A stretch of 62,253 nucleotides of DNA, counting the filler, from Chiloscyllium plagiosum (Eukaryota): NCBI RefSeq assembly GCF_004010195.1. It is 3 parts of one record of this genome, joined end to end, with 100 filler letters (N's around TTAATTAATTAA, not from the genome) between each part and the next. Parts side by side here need not be neighbours in the genome. Positions count along the whole stretch, not along the records: positions 1 to 24,911 come from NC_057717.1; positions 25,012 to 54,240 come from NC_057717.1; 1 more part is not named here. The stretch is one strand, 5' to 3'. Shown here piece after piece: positions 24,709 through 33,959 of the stretch. The translations under genes were made by a program, and so were the position numbers. A model generated the notes under the pieces. That model was not told where the DNA came from, made no database searches, and saw only the letters and a program-made list of their open reading frames with translations. Every line of letters begins with the position of its first letter. Within the stretch, counting starts at the first letter, position 1.

Positions 24709-24911
24709 CTGTTGTGGTTCTGTTCGCCGAGCTGGAAGATTTTGTTGCAAACGTTTCGTCCCCTGGCTAGGCGACATCATCAGTGCTTGGGAGCCTCCTG
24801 CGAAGCGCTTCTTTGATGTTTCCTCCGGTGTTTATAGTGGTCTCACAAACCAACAGCCATGCTCAGACAACAACTCACCAGAACGAAGGAACCGATACCC
24901 AACATGAGCAA
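24709..24911. mobile_element. Penelope (Poseidon-type) 5' junction: inverted pseudo-LTR piece (24711-24843) plus plus-strand ORF piece (24844-24911)
   Basis: 24711-24843 matches 4127-4259 in the same orientation. 24844-24911 encodes KPTAMLRQQLTRTKEPIPNMS, antiparallel to 4595-4633. Confidence 0.88.
24745..24788 (-). ncRNA. Minimal hammerhead ribozyme motif, second copy
   Basis: Core and stems identical to 4161-4204. Confidence 0.8.
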
Positions 24912-25011
24912 NNNNNNNNNNNNNNNNNNNNNNNNNNNNNNNNNNNNNNNNNNNNTTAATTAATTAANNNNNNNNNNNNNNNNNNNNNNNNNNNNNNNNN
25001 NNNNNNNNNNN
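24912..25011. other. Artificial 100-bp spacer (44 N + TTAATTAATTAA + 44 N)
   Basis: Identical layout at 54241-54340; the 12-mer gives stops in all six frames. Confidence 0.95.
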
Positions 25012-26750
25012 CCTGGAACAATACGGAGGTGTATAGAAAACACCCAACAGGGTGACATGTCCATTCCTATTTCGAACCACAGCCCAAACTACTTCAGTGG
25101 ATCAGTCCTCCAACGTTATCCATTTGTTGTAACAGGAGCCATGATTAAGAATGCTACACATTCTCCTCTTTCACCATTAGCTCCGTTCATGCTGAAACGC
25201 ATAAATTCTGGTATCTGCAAAGACCATTCCTGTCGCTCCTCTAGCCATGTCTCCGAAATGTCCACAACATCGAAATTCCAGGTACTAACCCATGCTGCAA
25301 GTTCACACACCTTCTTCCGGATGTTCTGGGCATTGCAGTACACACATTTGAAATCAAAATCCTGCTTGCTGTTGCACTTTCATGACCGTGTAAACCTATC
25401 CATGACCTCACTACCCTGTCCCTCTTGTACACTAGAAATGCAATTTAGATTCTCATACCCCTACTACATTTGTTTAACAATCCTGCCCCCCCAAAGAGAA
25501 TTAGCAAATTTCCCTCCCAGGACATTGGTGACCCTCTGATTCAGATGAAGACCATCCTATTTGTAGAAATCCCACCTTCCACAGAAAGAACTCCAATTAT
25601 CCCAGAACGCAAAACCCTCCTTCCTGCACTATCCCTGCATCCACATGTTCAACTCCAGTCTCTGTGTTCCTCGATTTGATGGCTTGTGGCATGGGAAACA
25701 ATCCAGAGATAACAACTCTGTTATAACTCTAAGCGTCCACCCAACTCCCGGAATTTCTGCTTTAGGTCCCCATCTTTCTTCTTACCTATATCGTCAGTGC
25801 CTATGTGGATCACGACTTGGGGCTGCTCCGTCTCCGCTTCCAGGATCCCGAAAACGCGATGAGAGACATCATGACCCACTGTCATCTGGGAGGCATCACA
25901 CCGCTCATGAGTGTCTCTCGGTCCCATAAAGTCTCCTATCTTTTCCCCAACTGTATAGTCTCCAATGTCTAAAGCTCTGCTCCTCTTCTCCCTTCCCCTC
26001 TGAGAAACCGGAACAGACTCTGCACAAGAGACCTATGCCCCATTCCTGATTCTTGCTAAGCCGTTCCCCTGAACAATATCCAAAATGGTATATTTGTTGC
26101 TGAGGGGAACCACTACAAGAGATCCCTGTAGTAACTACGAGTTCCCTTTCCTACTCGTGATGGCAAACCATTTACCTTCATTATGTGGCAAAGGAGTAAA
26201 TGTCTCCCTGCAACTCCTGTCAATAACCCATCCAGCCTCCCGAATGATTGGAAGTTCATCCAGCACCACCTCCAGTTCGCTAACGTGGTTCTAGAGGAGC
26301 TGACGTTGGGTGCACTTTCAACAAATTAAGTGAACAGGGACACGAGAGGCGAACCGTAACTGTCACGTACTACAGGAAGGACGTGCAACTGCCCTAACCA
26401 TGATTATCACTGTTCTACATTCGAAAATTGACCACTGAAAATAATGAAAGAAAACACTTGTCATCTTACCAAACGACGCACAGTTTTTGTTTGGTTAGAG
26501 GAGGAGGACGGGTGGGAGACATTACCCGAGTAATGTTTGAGTTAAAACAAACACTCAAATTTGTAACGTCATTAACTCTCCGACAGTCTCCTGCTCGACG
26601 TTGCCGCACTTTCTGCTGCTGGAACACCAACGGTGGGATCCGACGCTTACAGGTGAGTTTTAACTTTTTGCTCACATTCCCGAGAGACTTCTGCTTGATG
26701 CTCCCACACGTCTTGCTGTTAGAAAAACAATTTGCTGCTATTTAAACTGA
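25012..26750 (-). mobile_element. CR1-like LINE 5' part (5' UTR, ORF1 esterase, start of ORF2 endonuclease)
   Basis: EQPQVVIHIGTDDIG (SGNH esterase of CR1 ORF1, 25721-25927) and YCNAQNIRKK..FDVVDISETWL (APE domain, 25116-25343). The 5' boundary is approximate. Confidence 0.9.
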
Positions 26751-27489
26751 TTCCCCTCCGTCCAAATTTAATTGCCGAGTTTTGATGTGAATAACTCTCC
26801 TGTATCTTTCTCTGGACCTTAATGTTGCTCATCCTACAGCATCTGTTTCTCCCATTACGAAACTTAGAAAAAACCTTTAAATGTATAGTTTGCGTCTTTT
26901 CACTTCCTGATGTCCTGCCCTGAGCTTCATTTTGGAGAGTGATGTTTCAACAGCTTTGAGACGTGTTTTTTGCAACTGGTTCTGTGCCTATCCACTGAAC
27001 GCTTGTCATTTTCACTCTCTGCTGATCATGTGCGCAGTAACATGAGTGATCCCCTCAACTGTTATTGACTCATACCAGGCTTTCACATGGGGTTGTGTGG
27101 CGTTTGAACTAATTCTGTTTTTGGAAAGTTAGTAGAAATACTGAGGATGGTTTTCTGGAGGTTGTATTTTAAACTGCTGTGAACAGTCAAGAAGACAAAA
27201 CTCTTTGGTGACCAATCTCGATGAGTCACGATCATTGTAGTTACTGCATGTGGGCCTACAACATGATCAACACTTGGAGCAGGGGCTGCCAAGAGAGGAA
27301 TCACTGTAAAATGGAATGAGGAGTCATAATCAGATCAGCCATGGTCGAAATGATTTTTGGGGCACGCTCAAATGACTCACTCTGATCGTTACAAGCCAAT
27401 TCACCTTCTCTACCACTGCCACTTACTTGGAGAGATTGAGCCTCTTCTCCTGATCCTGGGTAACAGTATCGGCTCACTCGACGCCAGAT

Positions 27490-27790
27490 TGCCCTGTGCC
27501 CCATTCTCGTGCAGTTGAATATTTGCTTCCAGTTCCTGTATTCCGGACGCGAACAGTGAAATGTTTGCCTTCTGTTCCTGTGTCCCAGTCTCAAGCAGTT
27601 CAGCGACTGCCTCCTGCTCCTATGTCCCAGTCTTGAGCAGTTGAATGATTGCCTCCTGTATCTGTGTATCAGATTTGTGGAAACAAGTGTCGTCCTCCTG
27701 TTCCTGAGTAACAGGCTACAATAGCTGTTTGCTCTCCTTCTGCTCCTGTGGAACGGTATTGAGGGACTGAATGGCCTGTTCACATTCCTG
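27490..27790 (+). repeat. Degenerate 42-bp minisatellite (~7 units)
   Basis: Unit approximately cctgtgtcccagtctcgagcagttgaatgtttgcctcctgtt; gives a 14-aa periodicity in ORF 27301-27939. Confidence 0.8.
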
Positions 27791-27954
27791 ACATCTTCGA
27801 TTGACTGAAAAACGTTCTCCTGCTTCTGTAAACCATCCTTTAAATCTGGATAATGTAGCTGTGTTCTTTTTTTACTGTAAGTAAGTGAGCAAACAAGATG
27901 AATCGCTGTATTTTTGTGTGGCAGGTTTGGGAAGCTCAAAGTGTAATAGGCTTC

Positions 27955-29138
27955 AGAGTCTTAGAGTCATAGAGATACACAGCACGGAAATACACCCTTC
28001 GGTCGAACTAGTCCATTCTGACCAGATAACCTATCCTAATCTGTTCACGTTTGCCAGCATTTTGCCTGTATCCCTCCAAACCCTTCCTATCCATAGACCG
28101 ATACAGATGCCTTTTAAATGCAGCAATTGCACCAGTCTCCACGACTTCCCCTGGCAACACATTTCACACTTACACACAACAATCCCATTTGTATCTTTCC
28201 CCTCTCACCCTAAACCTATGCCCTCTCGTTCTGGGCTACCGTACACAAGGGAAAAGACTGTCTCTAATTATCCTATCCATGATGCTGAAGATTTTGCACA
28301 CCTCTATTACATCCACCTTCAGCCTCGGACGCTCCAGGGAAAACAGCCCAGCATATCCTGCATCTCCGTTTCGCTCAAATCCGTCAATCCAGGCAATATA
28401 CTTGAAAATCTTTTCTGAAGCCTTCCACGTTTCACACGATCCTATGATATGAAGGAGACTAGAACTACACGCAATATTCCAAAAGTGGCCTAACCAATGT
28501 TCTGTCGCGACCTGACTCCCAATTCCTATACTCAAATTTATGATCAATAAGGAAAACATACCAAATGCATTCTTCACTCTCGTATCAAACTGATATTCTA
28601 CTTCCAAGGAAATACAAACATGCGCTCCAAGGTCTCTTTGCTCACTAGCACTCCGTAGGACCCTACCATTAAGTGTATAAGTCCTGCTAAGATGTGCTTT
28701 TCCAAAATGCAGCACCTCACATTTATCTAAATTAAACTCGACTGCCACTCCTCAGCCTTTTGGCCGATTTGATAATGATCCCCTTGTACTCTGAGGTAAC
28801 TTGCATCGCTGTCTGCTACACCTCCAATTTTAGTATCATCTGCATTCTTCGTAAATATACCTCCTATGTTCACATTCAAATTATTTATATAAATGTCGAA
28901 AGATAGTGGTCCCAACACCGATTCTTGTGACACTCCACTGGTCACAGATATCAGTCTGAAAGGCAACCCTCCAGCCCCACGCACTATTTTCTACCTTCGG
29001 GACAGTTCTGCATTGAAATGGCTAGTTCTCCCCGTGTTCCAAGAGGTCCACGCTTGCTGAACAGTATCCCATGGAAAACCTTGTTGAACGCCTTACTGAA
29101 TTCCAAGTAGATCATGTACACCACTCTTCTCTCATCAA
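27955..29138 (-). mobile_element. CR1-like LINE, degraded
   Basis: SGVSQESVLGP..ADDTK, EFNLDKCEVLHFG; (GACTCTA)-type tail at ~27955. Confidence 0.9.
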
Positions 29139-29259
29139 GTGAGTGAATGGCTTCCACCTTTTCCTGTATAACAAGTTTCAGGGGCTGAATTGCCTCCTCT
29201 GGCTTCCAAAGATACTCTCGAATGAATAAATGATCGCCTCCTGTGTTTATGCAGCAGAG

Positions 29260-30010
29260 CCGGGAGGCTCAGTAGCGTCCCTGCTTTTCGTACCTCGGCA
29301 GTTACAGCACCTGGATCTGCAAAATGAACAACAAATGGAGCAGAGGCTGCAGCCAGGGTAGCTCTGAAACCACGGAGTGAGTGCTTTTCTGGGGATAGGG
29401 ATCTGCAATATCCAACCCGTGTTTTTCAGGAACAGCTTCCCAAGCAATACTTAGCCCAGGATCAAAATATAAGATGACCCTTAGGGAACAAGGACCGTTT
29501 CACAGAGCGTTGTCGCCTCCTTCAACACGATCTGCAGCTTCGCAGAAGGGGGAGAACGGGGCTGCCAGTGGTTGTTATGGTCATAATTTCAGTCAGCTTC
29601 TAGAATTAGGCACTTTCCAGGAATGAGTAGGTGACATATCCATCGTCTCATCGTATGTCGCCATCAGTGTCACCATTCGTTGACAGAGGATACATATGGT
29701 GGATGAGATGAATACAATATTTTCTCCCTCACAAGGGATTGCCGGATGTTTTCCCAGTACAGCGGGATTCGCGATGGTGCACATGCCTCGGCAGACTCCC
29801 CATATCAATCAGGAGAGGCAGAGGTATTTATGCAAAACTTACTCCATTAATCTTGAAGTGTGTACACGCCCAGTGCATTGTATTAATTAAGACCCACTGT
29901 CCTGGCCCACTGCAGCCACAGCCTCTTCATTCAGAAGCAGACCTGCCAAAAAATAATCCATTAATTTTACTGGCTGTATCCATTCGCAGCACCTCCACGT
30001 TGTCTAGACA
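29260..30010 (+). mobile_element. PIF/Harbinger (HARBI1-like) transposase relic
   Basis: Collinear fragments across frames: YPTRVFQEQ, TERCRLLQHDLQ..RTGLPVVVMV, LGTFQE*VGDIS, IAGCFP..DGAH, YSINLEVC, HCPG..SHSLFIQKQ, matching the Harbinger DDE motif order. Confidence 0.7.
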
Positions 30011-30429
30011 ATATAATTTCCTTTTTATCTAAGAGTCATCAGCAAGCTCAACAGCTGTACATTTTTCCACTCCTGATCACTGATATTGATTGTAAATAGT
30101 TATGGCCGCAGCACTCGTCACTGAGTCACTGCAGTTAATTTGTGTTAAACTGACAAAAAAACAACAACTTATCGCTGTTCCTCACCCTGTAACCAATCCT
30201 CACTGTATTCCTGTGTAGCAGCCCTGAAAGGCTGAATGTTCCCTTCCATTTGACGTGGAACAGGTTTGAGAGATTAAAAGATCGACTCCAATTGTGAGTA
30301 ACAGCGTCGAATGACTGGAACGTCTCATTCTTCTCCTGTTTGAAACTCTTGACGTGTTGAAGAGCCTGTTTCAGTGTAGGTGCAGTTTTGATTGATGTAC
30401 AACCTTTTTCGAACAATCAATGAACAACC

Positions 30430-31140
30430 CACTCCTGAGGTTATAATGGAGGAAAGCCACTGATGCTGCAGCAGCTGATAGACCATCGTGGCTCATGGAT
30501 GCGCAGTTTCCATTTGTTCGGTCGGCTGGATGTATGTCTTACGTCAAAGGATGTAATGCCACATTACACAGAGGGCGTTTTCTTCAAAATGTCCTTCCAC
30601 CAGGACTCTATGCTGATTGTTCCGCGATAATTTTCTGGATAGAGCGATCTGTGACATGTGTGCTAATGCACATGTTTCCGTCTTCATGGTTCCACTGTCA
30701 TTTCCCACAGTCTGGCTGCTGTGTACTGAGGCTTCGCCATGCTTAGTCAGCCGTGAGCCTGTGGAGACACTCTTGGTGATGGACATTGAAGTACCTCACC
30801 CAGAGTACGTTCTGTGCCCTTGTGACTGTCAGTACTTCCTCCCGTTTCTTTTCAACATCGAGGGGATCTGAGTTATAACCGCGGTGTGGTGTGGATGGCA
30901 CTCTACCAGGAGACTTCCTTGTCCATCTCTGACCTGTTCCTATGAGATTTCCCGTGTTCTGAAATCAAACTTGGGGAATTCCAGGATAACTCCTTTCCTG
31001 ATTGCACCCTCCCGGGACACCACTACTGTTGAGTTTGTCCTGCCAGTGGGATAGGATATAACAGCGGATGGTGTTTGGGGCTTCATGAAACATGAACAAT
31101 CACGTTTGAATCTGTGTGTATGAAGGTATCATCGAATACA
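30430..31140 (-). mobile_element. LINE (L2/CR1 group) APE endonuclease remnant
   Basis: Minus strand AQNVLWVRYFNVHHQECL (GDFN motif decayed) and YILSHWQDK. Confidence 0.65.
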
Positions 31141-31169
31141 GGTTACAATGTGTCAGGGAATAATGGGTT

Positions 31170-31420
31170 AAAAAGCTGAATGAAAGGCACTCGACCTGAA
31201 TTTCTTCTATATTCTCAAAACAGGCTGAGGAACTTATTGAATACATTGGTGGAAATGGCTACGATTTAATGGCAACAGAACGACATGGCTACAGGGTCAC
31301 CAATATTGGAAACTGAATACCGGAACATTTTACATCCGGGAATGTTAGATAAAACTGAAAACGAGATGGGGAAAAGAGCTGAATAAGCGTTGACCTCTAC
31401 ACAGACATTAAAGACGATCT
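31170..31420 (+). mobile_element. CR1 ORF2 N-terminal fragment, highly degraded
   Basis: Remnants of EL..I..NGYDLMA..TWLQG. Confidence 0.5.
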
Positions 31421-32307
31421 TACGTCACGTTTTTGAGCTTTATCTTTGTTTTATACATTTTGTGAAGGAATTGCCAGTTGAGTTGTTTGGGGGAAGGATT
31501 CACACCGTGAGCCTGAGTGGGTCTCACCAATGTTAGTGGGTAGGAGGGTCTTTCTGATATAGGTCTTGATGACTCTATCAAATTCTGTACCCGATATTCC
31601 CTGGAAAATTCTATACTGGACAATCCCCGGAATAATACATTGCCCACATTTCCTGGAACATTCTCTCACCGACATTCCCTTCAAATTTATTTACTCAACA
31701 TTTCCTGGAGCATTCTATACCCGAAACTACCTAGAATATTACTTCCCTGATTTTATTTGTCAACGACCGGATGTCAGTGAATTGAGTGAAAGATACGATC
31801 CTGAGGGAAGAGATCCCGTCCCAGGGAAACACTGTTCCGAAGTCCCCTCAAGCAGTTAAATGGGTGAATACGTATTCCCTGCATTGACATGTCTTCACGA
31901 CGCAGGATCGACCACAATTTACACAAAAAGTCAGAGATTTCCAAACTCCGTTTGCTTTCATGGAACTGGGAGAGAATCCTTCAGAAGAGCAACTTTTGAC
32001 ACGAGGTATTAGGAACTTGAACGAAGTGAACTGTGTCTGTTCTCAACTGATCGAGTGTGTTGAGATTGTTGTAAAAACCGTCTGTTCTTATGAATGTGTC
32101 TCTCTGTGTTTGGGGAGGGAGGGTTTTTTTTTTGTTTTGTGACACTTTTTTCATTAGTTCAGACCATCCATTTATTATTTCCTTTCGAATTATTTTAATA
32201 AATCCATGAATACAGTGACACATCTAAAAATCTCACTGGGCCCTCTGTCAAAGTGGTCAATTTCGCTCCAGTCTAATGCACAATTTGTTTGTTTTCCTTC
32301 CTCACAG

Positions 32308-33203
32308 TTAATATAGTGACGGTCTACGTTCTGCTTCATAAAGATTGTGGATTGTCTCCATGCGTCACACGTTACCTAGAGGCGATGGCAGTGGCATATC
32401 TACTGGTCATTATCCTCGACCTGATACTGAGACACATTCCCATTGTTTATATGGAACAGTTTTCTTTTCTGAGGAACATTCCCTTGTGTAATATCCACGC
32501 CGTCCTGCTTTATACAGCCACTGACTGCTCTGTCTGGTTCACCGTCACTTTCACCTTTGATCGGTTCATGGCCATTTGTTGCCAGAAGCTGAAACGTAAA
32601 TATTGCAGTGAGAAAAAGGCGGCTGTGGTTCTGGGAGCAGTGACTGTGCTGAGCTGTTTAAAGAACTTTTTTTTGGTATTTTATGCTTACAAATTGAAGT
32701 GATCGATTGTTTGTGATGTAACACTCGTTGTTTATTTGTCCCATGACTGGGCCACAATCGAGTTCCTCCAACACATTCTAACTCCAGCTCTCCCATTTCT
32801 CCTGATTCTGCTGTTCAATGTTTTCACAGTCAGACACATTTTAGTGACCAGCAGAGCCCGCACGAGACTCCGGGCTCACACCAATGGGGCAGCTCAGTCT
32901 GTCACAGAAATGAGAAATCGAAAAAAATCTCTCATTTTACTGTTTGTCATCTCGGCTAATTTCATCCTGTTATGGTCAACATTAATGGTGTTTTCTATAT
33001 GGAATCGGATGGATTATATTGGGTACCAGTCTGTTTATCTACATCCCTTTGTGCGAGAATTGGGCTTCATGCTGCAGTTCCTCAGTTGCTGCACAAACAC
33101 GGCGATTTATGCAGTGACCCAGACAAAGTTCAGACAGCAGGTGAAGAATGTGCTGAAATATCCCTTCATCAAAATCCATCAGTCAATTAAGTTCAGACAT
33201 TAA
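32308..33203 (+). pseudogene. GPR139/GPR142-like class A GPCR, main (second) exon, disrupted
   Basis: Acceptor ttttccttcctcacag at 32307, phase 1, opening (V)NIVTV in TM1. SVWFTVTFTFDRFMAICC (TM3), LQFLSCCTNTAIYAVTQTKFR (TM7). Frameshift at a T8 run (32667-32674), stop at 32700-32702, D2.50 replaced by Y. Exon 1 not found. Confidence 0.85.
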
Positions 33204-33412
33204 TCAATCCATCTGGGATTTTTAAATTTCAGTATAATGTTTCAGCGATGAAGCTGCCTATAGCTGTGGTATCACACTGCTGGTAGTGCTCGTCTGTCCA
33301 AGCTTATCTCAGAAGGGACTTCGGAAAAACATTTCCTTGCTTCTCACAGTTCAGCGGTCAATGAGAAAAGGCACCATCCCATTGACTGAATCGATCACTT
33401 CAATTTGTAAAC

Positions 33413-33418
33413 AATAAA
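33413..33418 (+). promoter_or_regulatory. Putative polyadenylation signal of the GPCR gene
   Basis: AATAAA 210 bp after the stop codon, followed by GT-rich sequence. Confidence 0.5.
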
Positions 33419-33959
33419 ATTGTGTATTAGAAAGTCCCGAGCAGCAGAGTGTACGGTATGTTTGTTTGTCTTTGAGTTGAAGAAGTTGAGGTGAGCAGAG
33501 ACAGTCTCAGCCCCAAGTGCTGGTCCTGAGGGACGGGGAGGGTATTGGGGCCTGAGGTCAGGAGTTGGTTTTAAATCACTCTGTCCTGGCTTTCAACTCT
33601 GTGTCCCCCAATTCGATCTGGACACTGTACGGTTCATCTGTCTCCCTTTATCTTCCTCCCTACATATCTCCCTCCAACTGTCATTCTGTCTCTCTCTCTC
33701 TCCTACTCCCATTTATAAATTATATTTCATTCTCCCTCCCTTTCCCATTTTCCTTCACTCTCTTTCCGTCATGTACTCCCTTCCTCTCAATCTCCTCTCT
33801 TCCTCGAATCCTGTCTCACCTGCCATTGCGAGTGGAGCAGAGGAAGTGAGCTTATATTTAGGCTGATCCGATACGAACAGAGATGGGTGCGGCGCTTTAG
33901 ACGAAAGCTATGTTAACATAATCAGGCTTGGGCCAATAGCCATTGTAAGGGGACACAGT

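Noticed and set aside
27490..27790. CRISPR-like array
   Set aside because: Eukaryotic context, contiguous degenerate units with no unique spacers, and no cas genes.
27301..27939. 212-aa ORF with 14-aa Cys/His/Arg repeats resembling a zinc-finger protein
   Set aside because: It is the antisense reading of a 42-bp minisatellite; the spacing does not fit C2H2 and there is no ATG start or splice support.
32660..32710. GPCR break as a single homopolymer sequencing error
   Set aside because: Removing one T still leaves a TGA and puts the downstream half out of frame, so at least two further changes are needed.
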